Shown here: positions 37,659 through 50,312 of the stretch, one piece after another
Position numbering within the stretch: the first letter of the stretch is position 1
Layout: every line of letters starts with the position of its first letter
Source: Scyliorhinus canicula
Lineage: Eukaryota
Reading direction: 5' to 3'
NCBI RefSeq assembly: GCF_902713615.1
Contig: NC_052164.1
Coordinates: forward strand, 372,001 to 436,000
Length of the DNA: 64,000 bases
Made by a program: the position numbers and the translations under genes
The notes under the pieces: generated by a model
What the model was told of the DNA's origin: nothing
Seen by the model: the letters and a program-made list of their open reading frames with translations, nothing else
The model's database searches: none

Positions 37659-38369
37659 AATCTTGCTAATTTATAGTAGGAATGTTTGGCACAATGAATT
37701 TGTTGAAGAATTGCTGTGCTGCCTGACATTACCAACGAGCACGTCTGGCGCACAGATTTTTGAAGCCTTGAATAGTTATGTGGTTGGAAAGTGCGAGTTT
37801 GACTGGTTCATTGCAGAGGAATCACAAGCGATGGGGCAGCCAACATGACTGGGAAAAACAGAGGAGTTGTAATAAGGATTAAGGAAGCAGCCGCTCAGGA
37901 CATTGTTTGGAATTATGGTTTAATTCACTGTGAGGCACTGGCATCGAAAGGAACTCCATCTGATCCTGAACTGTTGTTGAAAAAATTATGAAAGTTGAGA
38001 ATTTCATTAAACGTAGTGCAGTCAATACCAAGCTTTTTGAGGCTCTGTGTCCCCGATAAGGGAGCAAGCACACACATTTATTGTTCCACACAGAGCTGTC
38101 AAGGAGTCGGGTGCTTGGGAGAGTTACTGATGTAAAAAATTTATGCTTTCCTCTTTGAGAAATTGTCCCGTCTGCCTGAGAATGAGGATGAGAAAAATAT
38201 CAGCCATGATTGAATGGCAGAGCAGACTCGATGGGCCAAGTGGCCTAATTCTGCTTCTATGTCTTATGGTGGTATTCATTTGGTAATGAAACTTGGATGC
38301 TAATTAGGTCTTACCTTGCAGACATTTTTTCAATTCTAAAGAAACTGGACCTGAAAGAGAAGGATGATG

Positions 38370-38548
38370 GAGGGATTGGTTTAGCACAGTGGGCTAAACA
38401 GCTGTCTTGTAATGCAGAATAATGCCAGCAGCACGGGTTCACGGGTTCAATTCCCGTACCAGCCTCCCCGAATATGGCGACTAGGGCTTTTTCCACAGTA
38501 ACTTAATTGAAGCCTACTTGTGACAATAAATGATTATTATTATTAATA
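38370..38548 (+). mobile_element. Short tRNA-derived SINE nested in the hAT element
   Basis: TGGTTTAGCACAGTGG...GGTTCAATTCC...GTGACAATAAATGATTATTA. Confidence 0.8.
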
Positions 38549-38622
38549 ATTGCTTTCGGCACTGTGAAGAAATAGATGCTTTCCAAAAGTCACTGAAAGT
38601 TTGGCAAGTGAGAGTATAAAGT

Positions 38623-39800
38623 CTTTTTTCTTTATAAATTTAGTGTACCCAATTCATTTTTCCAATTAAGAGGCAATTTAGCATGGCCAATCCACCTAGC
38701 CCACACATCTTTGGGTTGTGGGGGCGAAACCCACGCAAACACAGGGAGAATGTGCAAACTCCTGTAGCCATCTAAGATGGACACTGGGCTACAAAATGGA
38801 GAACCGCAAGGAACACAGGGAAAAACAGTCACAGTGAGGACACACAGCTTGCAAAAGACTGTTTTGCATTTTGCACGTACAGAAACCAGTTTCCAAAGAG
38901 TTGCAGAGTTTCAGCCAAAGGTGCAAATGGGAAACAGATCTGCATATTAATGAGGTGATCCCGGCCCAGGCCCAGGTACAATAGAAACATTTAAGTATTG
39001 ATGGATACTTTTCCATAGACGCCCAGACAGAATGGCGCCAAAGCAACCAACACAAAGAGCCGTAGGGACCGCCCCAAACATCGAGGAACGACCCTAGGAT
39101 TGGGGAGTTTGAAAGATATTGATTGGGAAAGACCCAATAGATGAGGGAACCACCCCAAGGGGGCCTGAACCTCCTGGGACCTATAAAAAGAAGGTCAAGC
39201 ACATGACTTGGTCTGTTGCTTCCAGACTCCGGCCCAGACCTGTTGCATCGCATCCTGACTCCAGTTTCATCACCGGCCGTTGAGCATCAGCCATCGAACT
39301 GTAAGTGCCAACACAACGATCGCTACGTGATCCAGACCTTGCTAGCTCTTGACAACTTTGCCAATCAGAAAGTTACAGACCAAGAACGGGACGAAGGCCT
39401 TGCTCCCTGACCTTGCCTGTTCCTGTCTAGATAAGTATTTAGTCATTTAGTATTAGAAGTAAGTTAGTCTCTTTAGCGTATGCATGAGTATTTATTATAT
39501 TTGTTATAATAAACACCAATCGTTTGGACTTACTAATCGGTGTATGGATTTATTACTTTGAACCCGACCTTGATATACTTGTGACGGTGTCTCAATACGA
39601 CACCTGGCGACTCAGAGCATAATTACACATACAGAGCCATAGTAGTGTTAAGCACACAGCCTTTAAACGGAGGCGTGTTAATCACACTCCAGTAAAACGA
39701 GCAACACTCCACACGGACAGTGACCCAGAGCCGGAATCGAACCTGGGACCTCGGCGCCGTGAGGCAGCAGGGCTAACCCACTGCGCCACCGTGCTGCCCC
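38623..39800 (-). mobile_element. tRNA-derived SINE split by a solo LTR
   Basis: Halves 38623-38762 and 39711-39800 rejoin to the family sequence GCAAACTCCACACGG. Confidence 0.9.
38763..39706 (+). mobile_element. Solo LTR (944 bp)
   Basis: TGT...ACA termini; 4-bp TSD CTCC (38759-38762 and 39707-39710); TATAAAA at 39182; AATAAA at 39508. Confidence 0.88.
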
Positions 39801-40919
39801 GTGCGAGTACAAAGTCAAAACTCCTACATGTTCCCCACACTGCTACAACACATCAAAGAAAAGAGGGTTAGTAAGAAAACTATACACTGGCAAGCCTTAT
39901 TCAGTTGTATCTGACTGTGCTGATGAACAATCGTTTTTGCTACTTTCCAGAGGAGAAATTTAAGATTTTAAAAGAGAAGAGATGTGTGAAAAATCCCTCC
40001 GAGTTTGAGACCCCAGAGTCAATTATTAACTTGCAGCTGACTCCAAATGAGGTGATTGAACTTCCGTGCCTCACCTGTGACAGCACATTGAAAACATGTC
40101 ACAAGTCCACGAGGTTAACGACATTCTGGTGTAGCATCTCCGAGGAGTAACCAGTGCTGAGTAAAACAAGCATTTGTTGCTATTGCCCTTCACAAGGATC
40201 TACATGTGCGAGGTTGGATTTTCCGTCCTCACAAAGATGAAGATGGCACAAAGGAACCAGCTAACTCTGCACCTGATATGCGCATTGCCCTCTCCTCCTG
40301 TGAACCTGACTGCAGTCAGATCTTGAGAACCAAGCAGACTCACCTGTCGAAAGAGAAAATGCTGGAAAATCTCAGCAGACTCACCTGTCGCATTAAAGGT
40401 AAGTGAAAGTGGCGTTTGTTGTGAAGGTCGGTGGGTTGGTAAAAGTGGGTCCAGGGAAAAAAAGTTTGAAAAACATGGGTCCAGCCCACACTCCCTTGCT
40501 CGGTCCCAATCCCCAACTATTTACAGGATAGTAGTTTTAATCAAAATTCTGCTGCGATTAATAGTTCTTTAATTGAAAACAAAACAAAAATAAGTGAACA
40601 AAAAATAATTCCTTAAGTTTTTTACTTTCCCTTTAGCCCAAGGGTTTTAGAATGATTGCCATCAGTTAAAACTGTTTACAGCTAATAGAGATGCACATAT
40701 TCATTTGGTTGTACTAAACTGGAGTTGCTGGAATGAAAAAGAGACATGCTATCAAAGCTTTTTGTCTTGCACTCATCAGGATACCTTGTAATAAATTACC
40801 AACTGTATCAGGGAACAATAAATTATCTTGCATGAGAGGATGCTCACTGGTTGGCAAGTGGACTGGGATTAGTGGAGGCGTTGCCATGGAGAATGCAGAA
40901 AACGGAGGCACCAGGGAAC

Positions 40920-41990
40920 AGAGTGCAAGTTTGGAATTTGGTAAGGGGGAGTTCGGTGAGGTTTCCTGTTGCTTTTTCCACCTTTCTTATTCTTTCGGAT
41001 TAGTTGTTACCCTACGACAGGGAAAGGAATTAGTTGTTTGGTGAGAATCTGGTAAGTGGGTGAGTTCTACTCTACCTGGGGTTTAAAAAAAGTGCACAAA
41101 CTGGTGCTTATCTCAGACTTTATAAAAAGCACCAAAAATTAGCAAATAATTTATCAAGTAATTATTTAAAACACATCAAGAATGGCAGAACAGGTGATGT
41201 GTCAAGGGGGCAGCACAGTGGCGCAGTGGTTAGCCTCGCAGCACTGAGGACCCAGGTTCGATCCCGACCCTGGGTCACTGTCCGTGTGGAGTTTGCACAT
41301 TCATCCCTCGTCTGCGTGGGTTTCGCCCCCACAACCCAAAGATGTGCAGGTTAGGTGGATTGGCCATGCTAAATTGCCCCTTAATTGGAATAAAAATTAC
41401 TGGGAACTGTAAATTTATTTTAAAAAGGTGATGCATCAAGGCTTCAGCATGTGGAAGGTCCTGGATAACATCGTGATCCAGGGAAAACACATCTGCAGTA
41501 AATGTTTGTGGCTTGGGAACTTTGGCTCAGAATTACTGAGCTGGAGGCTGAGCTGCAAATATTGAGACACATCAGGGACACATCTAGACATTACCTAGTA
41601 CATAGAAAGTTGTGGTAACAGGGGACAGTGTATAGCGAGGGGATTGACATTGTTCTCTGCAGCAAAGAGTGAATTGAGACGGCTTTATTGCTACCTGGTG
41701 GCGGGGTTTGGGACATCTCCAGTCTGGAGAAGAACTTTCAGTGGGAGGATCCCATTGTTGGCATAGGGAAGGAAAGAGCTCCTGAATAGAGAATTTGAGG
41801 AGCCAGGCACAAAATAAAATAACAGACCCTCCAAGGTTACAATCTGTGGATTATTATGAGCTATATGCAAATTAGCTAGAGTACAGAAAATTAAAGAGAG
41901 AAAAATGTGTCTGAAGGACTTGTGTGGGGGAAGTGGATTTTGGTTTGTGGGGCAGTGGCATCAGCACTGGGAAAAATGGGGACTGTAGCA
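40920..41990 (+). mobile_element. Degraded CR1 5' region/ORF1 with an inserted SINE (41207-41425)
   Basis: HICSKC...RITELEAELQ zinc-finger/leucine-zipper-like ORF1 start. Confidence 0.6.
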
Positions 41991-42029
41991 GTGGGACGGC
42001 CTACATCGGAATCAGACCCGTGTTGGGGT

Positions 42030-42676
42030 CTCTTTACCCCTACCCCTAATTCCTCCCCCCGCCCCAGGTTACTATTCGGTCCCCTCCTTCTGCCAAGCAC
42101 TCCCTCTCTATCGGGAGCTGTGCCACAGTCCTCTCCCCCTCCTCTTTTTATTCCCGCGTACTAGCATACTAGCCAGTGTGGTCTCTCCCCCCGGAACAGC
42201 TGTTTTTTTTCCCTCGGCCCATTTTGTTCTCCCCCACTTCCCTTCTCATTCAGTGTATTTCTCTCCCCCCCTCCCCCCCTCACCCTTGTCCATTAGTGCC
42301 ACCTTCCCTGCCCGTTTTCTGGATCAATTCGTCCTGGTAGATGCGGGTTGTATGTTCCTCCCATCTCCACGAGCGTGTGTTCCTCGCCCAGTTCAGCACC
42401 CACTCTTTGTCCTGAAATTTATGTAGTTTTGCTATTATTGCCAGTGGTGGATCTCCTGATTTGGGCCTTTGTTGGAACAGGCTGTGGGCCTGGTCCATCG
42501 CTGAGGGTTTGTTGAAGCCTTCCCCTCCAACCAGCTTCCTGAGCATCCTCATGACAAACTCGGTCAGGTTTCTGTCCTCTGTGCCCTTAGGTAGCTCGAC
42601 GATCCTCAGGTTCTGGCGGCAGGACCCGTTCTTCTAATCATCAAACTTCCTCGTAAGCGCTCTCTGGGTTGTGAAT
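42030..42676 (-). mobile_element. L1-clade ORF1 fragment
   Basis: RQNLRIVELP and AIIAKLHKFQDKEWVLNWAR...IYQD, typical of L1 ORF1p. Confidence 0.75.
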
Positions 42677-42970
42677 AGTAATAATCTTTATTGTTGCAAG
42701 TAGGCTTACATTAACACTGCAATGACGTTACTGTGAAAATCCCCTAGTCGCCACATTCCGGCGCCTGTTCGGGTCACAGAGAGAGAATCCAGAATGTCCA
42801 ATTCACCTAACAGCACGTCTTTCGGGACGTGTGGGAGGAAACCGGAGCTCCCGGAGGAAACCCATGCAGACACGGGGAGAACGTGCAGACTCCACACAGA
42901 CAGTGACCCAAGCTGGGAATCGAACCCGGGACCCTGGAGCTGTGAAGCAACAGTGCTAACCACTATGCTA
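42677..42970 (-). mobile_element. tRNA-derived SINE (V-SINE type)
   Basis: Same family as 15133-15436. Confidence 0.85.
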
Positions 42971-45120
42971 GTTAGACCACACCTAGAATGCTGTGAACAG
43001 TTTTGGTCCCCTTATCTAAGGAAAGACAGACTGGCATTGGAGGCAGTCCACAGAAGGTTCACTAGTTAATCCCTGGACTGGACAGATTTTCTTATGAGGA
43101 GAGGATGAGCCTGTACTCATTGGAGCAGATACTGAGAAGTTGTTCCCTCTGTGGGGAAGTCTAGGGGTCGCACATTTAAGACAGAGATGAGGAGGAATTT
43201 CTTCTGAGGGTTGTAATTTGCGGAATTCTTTACCACAGAGAGCTTTAGAAGTTAGGTCATTAAGTACATTCAAGGCTGAGATAGACATATTTTTAATCAG
43301 TAATGGAATGAAGGGTTACAGGGATAAAGCAGGGAAATGGAGTTGAGGATATCAGATCAGTCACAATCTCATTAAATAGTGAAGCAGACTCGATGACCGA
43401 GTGGCCCACTTCTGCTCCTACGTCTTATGGACAGTATAAAAATAATTTAATATGATAATGCATTTTGGCTTTCATCCCAAGCTGGTTGAGTTATGAAGAG
43501 GTGGATGTTATATTTTAGTTGTATAAAATTTTGATCAACTCCACCTGCAATGCAATCAGTTCTGGGCACCGAATCTCAGGACCGATAAAACCATTAGAAT
43601 GTAATCATTTTGACCAAGGAGTAGACCACACAGCCTGTCAAGTCTGCTCCGTCATTCAATACAACCATGACTGATCTTCTGCCTCAACTACACATTCCCA
43701 TCTATCATCAGGCACCAAAATTCTGTCCATCTCAGCTTTAAATTGACTCAACAATCAAGCATCCACAGCCCTCCAGGTCAAGAATTTCAAAGATTGAGTG
43801 AAGAAATTTCTCCAAATCTCATACCCAAATGTTCGAGCCCTTTCCCTGAGACGCTGACCCCCATGTTCTATATTCCTCATTTACAAACATTGTGTAAAAT
43901 TCTATCATATTGTGGTCACTCATCCCTAAAGCTCTTTTACAGCAACATTATTGGTTAGCCCTTATTCATTACATATTATTATATCTAAAATGATTGATTC
44001 TCTGGTTGGCTCAACATACTGCTCTAGAACACATCCCTAACGTACTACAGAAACTCATCTTTCCCAGCATTAGTGCTCACTTGGTTTAACCAGACTATGT
44101 GCAGATTGGAGTCACCCATGATTGCTGTATTGCCCGTGCTACATGCTTCTCATCTCCTGACTCATACCATGCCCCACATTACCATTACTATTAGATGGCC
44201 TAGAAACAACTCCAATCAATGTCTGCTGCCTGTTGTTGTTTCTAAGCTCCATCCAAACAGATTCCACAGGTTATTCTTCCGATCCGAGATCGTCCCTTAG
44301 CCCTGCCCTGATCCCATCCCCTATTATCAGTGCAAATGCTATTTATCAAATACTGTTTGGAAATGTGAAAATGTGTTTGCCATTGAGACGGGGTTATATT
44401 TCCCTCTTGCGCCTAATCTTGAGAGGCCAAGTATACTACATCTAGTGGTTCCCTTTTTTCTATTCTCCTAGTTACATCTGCAAAAAATTCTAACACATTT
44501 GTCAAACAGGATTCCCTTTTCGTAAACCATGTTGACTTTGTCTGCTCATTCTATGATTTTCATATTGCATTGTTAAGACTTTCTTAATAACAGCTTCCAG
44601 CAATGTTCCGATGACTGGTGTCAAACTAACCAGTTCACAATGCTCTTTCCCCTCGCTCTCCTTTCTGGAATAGAGGAATTACATTTGACATTTGCTAACT
44701 TTCAAGCTGCTGGGATTGTTCCAGAAACTCGGGAATTTTGGAAAGTCATCACCAGTGCATCTGACAATCTCTGGAACTACGTCTTCTTAAACCTTAGGAT
44801 GTAGGCCATCAAGACCTTTGAATTTGTCAGCTTTTAGACCTTTAAGTTTCTCCAATTTATTTTCACTCTGGCATTAATTACTTTACATCCCTTGATTTGC
44901 CCCTTGGTTACCCTCAATTTGTGTCTTCAGCTGTGAAGTTAAATAATATTTTGTATCTGTCTCTATTTCCTAATTTCCCATGAGAATTACATCGGACTCT
45001 AATGGATCAATGTTCACTCTAGGTTCTTTTTTTAAAATATGCTTGTAAAAGCATTTGGAATCAGTTTTGATATTCCTATCTAGTTTACATCTATATTCAA
45101 TTTTCTTTTCAGATTCTATA
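42971..45120. mobile_element. Cluster of old CR1 fragments on both strands
   Basis: VRPHLECCEQFWSPYLRKD and CR1 tails; degraded endonuclease/RT pieces on the minus strand. Confidence 0.6.
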
Positions 45121-45306
45121 TATTGGCCTTGAGTTGCAAGTTGGAGGGCAGTGCAGCGTAAATTAAATAATAATAGTGCAGAAATAAACTAACTGCATCC
45201 AGGGTTACCATTAAAACTGAACTGGACTAGCCAGAAAATACTGTGACTACAAGCGCAGGTCATAGGCTAGGAAGCCTGCCTCCCCAAGATTGCCCACCAT
45301 CTACAA

Positions 45307-45453
45307 TAAGAAGTCTTACAACACCATGTGACTCACCTGATGAAGGAGCTGCGCTCTGAAAGCTAATGATTCCAAATACATTTGTTGGACTGGTATTGTA
45401 AGACTTCTTACTGTGCCCACTCAGTCCAACGCTGGCATCTCCACATCATGGAT
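45307..45453 (+). mobile_element. Miniature Penelope-derived element with 11-bp TSD, inserted in a CR1 3' end
   Basis: Matches the terminal repeat of 54990-56142; TSD ACCATCTACAA at 45296-45306 and 45454-45464. Confidence 0.85.
45333..45369 (+). ncRNA. Minimal type I hammerhead ribozyme motif
   Basis: TCAC-CTGATGA-A-GGAGC-TGC-GCTCT-GAAA-GC-TA-ATGA; helix I has one mismatch. Confidence 0.65.
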
Positions 45454-46159
45454 ACCATCTACAAGGCACTCGTCAGGGGTATGATAGAATACTCTCCATT
45501 TGTCTGGATGAGTGCAGCTCCAACACCAGAAACTCGACACCACCCAGGACAAAGCAGCCCACTTGCTTGCCACCCCTTCCTCAAACATTCACTCCCTCCA
45601 CCACCGACGAATAGTGGCAACAGTGTACTAGATGTATTGCAGGAATTCACCATGTCTCCTCAGGCAGCACCTTCCAAACCCACGACTGCTACCATCTTGA
45701 AGGGCAAAGGCAGCAGACTCATGGGAACGCCATCAACCTGATTACGAAATACATCACCATTCCTTTACTGTTTTTGGATCAAAATCCTGGAACTCCCTCT
45801 CTAAACGCATTGTGGGTGTACCTACACCACAGATACTGCAGCGCGTCAAGGCAGCAGCTCCCCACCTGCTTCTCAAGGGCAACTAGGAATGGACAATAAA
45901 TGCTGACCTAGCCAGCGACACCCACATCCATTAATTGAATAATAAGAAACTAAATGGCTTAAATTAAGAGAACAGGTTTCATCATCTAAGCTTATATTCT
46001 CTTGAGTATAGAAAATTGTGATCGAATTGAAGTGTTTAAAATAATTAATAGCATCGAGAGGAATCCCGATTGGGGAGTTCAGAGTACGAGGGTATATCCC
46101 ATTAAACAGAACTGGGCCATTTTGTGTTGCTGTGTCAGGAAGCATTTCTTCATACGAAG

Positions 46160-46357
46160 ATAGCCATGATGTGGCGATACCGGCATTGGACTGGGGTGAA
46201 CACAGTAAGAACCCATACAACACCAGGTTAAAGTCCAACATGTTTGTTTCAAACACTAGCTTTCGGAGGACTGCTCCTTCCTCAGGTGAATCCGAAAGCT
46301 AGTATTTGAAACAAACATTTTGGACTTTAACCTGGTGTTGTAAGACTTCTTACTGTG
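46160..46357 (-). mobile_element. Miniature Penelope-derived element with internal inverted repeat
   Basis: Terminal-repeat copy plus an inverted partial copy; TSD TTCATAC(G/A)AAG at 46149-46159 and 46358-46368. Confidence 0.85.
46254..46289 (-). ncRNA. Minimal type I hammerhead ribozyme motif (sense in RETREG3 intron 3)
   Basis: Minus strand: TCAC-CTGAGGA-A-GGAG-CAGTC-CTCC-GAAA-GC-TA-GTG. Confidence 0.7.
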
Positions 46358-46715
46358 TTCATACAAAGGGTAATGGAATTCTGGAATTCTATCCCCAAAT
46401 ATGTGTTGAGGCTTGGAGTCAATTGAAAATGACAAAACCCCAAGTGTTAGATATTGATGACGTAAGGATATTGAAGGTTCTAGAATCATGGCAGATAGGA
46501 TTCAGATACAGATCAGCCATGATCCATTTGAATGATAACGTACCAAGCTCCTACACGGCAGTGAAACGGCACTTCTAAAAATACAAATCTGCCTCACTTG
46601 CAACTCAAAATTTCATTCTTATAAAGAATAATTGGTCAATTTCATAGAAAGCACATAGCTCATACATTATGTTAAATCTTTAAAAATGCACAATAAGTAA
46701 AATGTGTTTGTATAC

Positions 46716-46746
46716 CTCTCAACATCACTGTCCTCCATGTGGGTCA
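46716..46746 (-). CDS. RETREG3: RETREG3 exon 3 (31-nt micro-exon)
   Basis: tttgtttttttag|TG ACC CAC ATG GAG GAC AGT GAT GTT GAG AG|gtatac; phases 1/2 join exon 4 as ...VESWGLVHP. Confidence 0.8.
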
Positions 46747-46949
46747 CTAAAAAAACAAACAAATTGGCAGTCCATTATTAACAGTTCATTATTAACAGGT
46801 CACTAGGTTAATTGAATCATTAAATGAGGCATGCTGTATCACCAACCCAGCCAGCACATTTGACATGGAATATCTCTGGCTGCTTATTTATAAGACATTA
46901 AGTAGCAACTAAAGCAAATTTCCCCCTAAAGGTTTCGAACATTAAAAAC

Positions 46950-48080
46950 GCTATCATGCAGAGAGGCCATTCAGCCCATTGTGTCTGTGCTAGCCAACAA
47001 AACATTTGATTCCCATTTTCCAATACCGGGTCTGTAGCCTTGCAGTTACAGCACTTTAGGTGCAGATCCGGGTACCTTTTAAATGAGTTGAGTGTTTCAG
47101 CCTCAACCACCTAGGCAGTGAATTCCAGACGTCCTCTCTATTCACTCTACCAATCACCTTAAATCTTGGCCCCTGACAATTGACCCCTTCAGACAGGAGA
47201 AACAATTCTTGCTGTCCACCCTGTGTAGGCCCCTCAAAATCTTGTACATCCAGAGAGATCAGGGTGTCCTTGTGCATGAGTCCCAGAAAACAAGCGTGCA
47301 GGTACAGCAGATAATAAGGAAAGGAAATGGAATGTTGGCATTTATAGCAAAAGGAATTGAGTAGAAAAGGTAAGGAAGTGTTGTTGCAACTGTACAAGGC
47401 ATTGGGAAGACAGCACCTGGAGTATTGTGCAGTTTTGGTGCCCTTATTTGAGAAAAGATGTAGTGGCATTGGAGACAGTTCAGAGGAGGTTCACTAGATA
47501 GATTCCAGAGACGAGGGGTTTGTCATATGAGGAGAGATTGAACAGTTTAGGCCTATACACTCCAGAGTTTAGAATGAGGGGATATCGAATTGAGGTTTAC
47601 AAGATGCTAAAAGGTTTTGACAAAGTAGACATGGAGCTGATGCTTCCTCTTAATAAGAGCAAACTATTAATAAAAGCTTTGACAAAGGGTCATCTGGACT
47701 CGAAACGTTAGCTCTTTTCTCTCCCTACAGATGCTGCCAGACCTGTTGAGATTTTCCAGCATTGTCTCTTTGATGCTTCCTCTTGTGTGGCGTTCTAAAA
47801 CAGGTTATAATTTTAGAATTAGAGGTAGCAAATTTAAAACATATTTGAGGAAAAATCTTCTCGCCAACGGTTGTGAATGTGTGAAATCTGCTGCCCAGAA
47901 TGCGGTGGATGCTGGGACAGTGAGTAAATTTGAGGAGTTAGACAGATTTTTAATTGGCAATGGGTTGAAGGGTTATGGAGAACGGGCAGGACGGTGAAGT
48001 TGAGGCCAGGACGGGATCAGCCATGATCACATTGAGGGTTTTTAGGCTCGGGAGACTAAATTGCCGACTCCTGTGCCTAG
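46950..48080. mobile_element. CR1 3' fragments (minus 46950-47250, plus 47250-48080)
   Basis: SYEERLNSLGLYTPEFR and KGYGERAGR motifs. Confidence 0.8.
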
Positions 48081-48599
48081 GCCAGATCAGATAAGGATGA
48101 CAGATTTCCATTCCTAAGGGACATGAGTGAACTAGATGGGCTTTTACAATGATAGTTTCATGGTCAGCATTATAGAGACCAGCTTTCCAATTCCAGATTT
48201 TATCAATTGATTTAAAATTCCACCTGTGCAGTTGGAGTGCTAGCCTCAGGATTACTGGTCAGTGACTGGATCACTGCGCCACCCTCTCCCCCTACAGAAA
48301 TAGGAAGGGGAAATGCTGTGGAGGGATTTGAAAACAAAAATCAAATCACAAAGTTACTTCTCCAAGAGTCTGGTTTGCTGTTGAATAGATAGGTCTGACT
48401 ATGTACAGCTGAACCAGTGTAACTTGGCACTAATTTTAGTAGAAAGCAACTTTAAACATACAATCCAGATAACAGTACTTTATGTTTGTTCAATTAAAAA
48501 TCGATCACCATTCAATAGCCGTCTCAACGACCAATCACTTGCACTCAACTTTTTGCCTCATCATTTTATCAACAAACACATAATTGAATATGAATATTG

Positions 48600-49440
48600 A
48601 ATCTGAATACTGCTGATGCTGAAGGTCTGAGCAAAGTCAGAAAATGCTGAAGAGGAGTCACAAAGACTCAAAATGTTAACTCAGTTTCTCTCTCTACAGA
48701 TGCTGTTCGACCTGCTGCGTTTTTCCAGTATTTTCTGCTTTTATTTTAGATTGCCAGCATCTGCAGTATTTCGCTATTACAGAAAATGTTGGGAAAACGT
48801 ATCAGGTCTGGTAGCATCTTCTTAGAGAGAAACAGTTAAAGTTTCAAGTCAATGATCTTTCAAGAAGGGTAAATGTTAGAATTGCATTAGATTTTAAGAT
48901 GATCAAGTGGGAGAGAGTGGGAAAAAGAACAAAAGAGAAGGTCTGTGATCGGGTGGAAGACAGGCAAAATTAAATGACAGAAGAGTTAGTCATATAGGGC
49001 TAAAGAAACAAGAAAGAAAAGTGTTGAGAAAAGGTGTGGAAGGCAGATTGAAGAACAGCTGCCACCTTAAGCAAAACAAGGAGAAAAACAAGAACAAGGA
49101 TAACACTGAAACATTCAAAGCGAAAGGAACAAAATGTGAGCTGGGATTAACAGTCTGAAATTGTTGACCTCAAGTCTGGAAGGTTGTAAAATGTCCAATT
49201 CAAAGATGTGGTGTTGTTCCTCAAGCTTGCGTTGAGCTTTCTTTGAACATTGCATTCGGCCGAAGATAGAGAGGCCAGCATGAGAATGAGGTGGAGAATT
49301 TAAATATCTGGTGACTATTAGCTCAGTGTGATACTTACAGACTTAATGGAGGTGTTGCATAAAGCAGTCATACAATCTGTCCTTGGCTTCCCCAATATGG
49401 AACAAATCACATTACAAGCAGAATAATTAGTATCCTAAAT
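48600..49440 (-). mobile_element. Old Penelope-like element remnant
   Basis: Minus strand about 49150-49240 reads AQRKLEEQHHIFELDILQPS, a Penelope C-terminal motif. Inverted terminal repeats with a decayed hammerhead-like core lie at about 48648-48680. Confidence 0.6.
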
Positions 49441-50312
49441 TGCACTTATGAAAAATCAATTTCACCTTGAAGTCAGCACAGGAGAAGCAACACCTGCCAT
49501 TTTACTTTCCCCCTTTTCACCACCCAAAGCTCTAAGCACAAGCTTCCAACATTTTGTGTCTAAACTGATCGAATCTTAAAAACAAGTTCCTGTTATTCAT
49601 TGAACCCCTGCTTACCCCTTTAAACCCTGTCTCAAATGGATTGAGCCCTGCTTCCATCAGCTTCCTCATAGCTCACTTCATTGACCTGGAGTCTTCTTCC
49701 CTCATTGAGGACTGTTTCTCACATCTTCAGAATTCTCATTTCACTTGGAACCCCACCCTTTCCACCCAACCACTTGCCCTCTTGAGGTCATTCAAATCCC
49801 GAGTCATCATTTCAATCTCTCGTCATTTCACACTGTCATTACACCGGCCCACAAGGAAGGTGCTGATGAACAGATCTTTATCTTGCAGAGGCTGAACCCC
49901 AACTTTCCAATAGCTCCACTTAGGTCACGATCCCACCATCTCATATCAAGTCCCCCTTTGTAGCACTTCTACTTACTGGCTTAAGACGTTCTCCTGGGCA
50001 TAATTTAAGAATTCCGCTCCCTATAAACCTTTCGTACTATGATTGCTCATTTGGCCAGTAGTGGCGGTTAAGGTTACATAACTGAAATCAACTTCAGATC
50101 ACAAAATGATTTTACTCCCACAAGGTAGGAATATGACAAGCTGGAAAGCAACCTCCAGCCACAAAGAAACACTGACCAATGCCAACAGTCATCCTAGGCA
50201 GTGAGAGAGGGGCTAATTTGTCTTCTTCTCAAAGATTCACCTCCATAGAAACTCAGCTATAGATATTTTCAGACTCCATTTATCTTCAGACAACCAAGAA
50301 AACAAATAATCA

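Larger units (their letters stand above)
36420..40480 (+). mobile_element. Degraded hAT (Charlie/Buster-type) transposon with nested insertions
   Basis: About 36920-37090 encodes a BED-finger-like PMC..EVLANESLKPSKLQRHLKTKH; about 40200-40345 encodes YMCEVGFSVLTKMK...DMRIALS (hAT C-terminus). 5' boundary is approximate. Confidence 0.85.

Noticed and set aside
36729-40400. Domesticated ZBED/SCAND3-like gene
   Set aside because: Many stops, frameshifts and nested insertions mark it as a dead transposon.
49977-50081. Candidate RETREG3 exon 2 (AG...GTAAGT on the minus strand)
   Set aside because: The translation does not resemble the expected hydrophobic FFALTSLR...WKNKIWPE segment.
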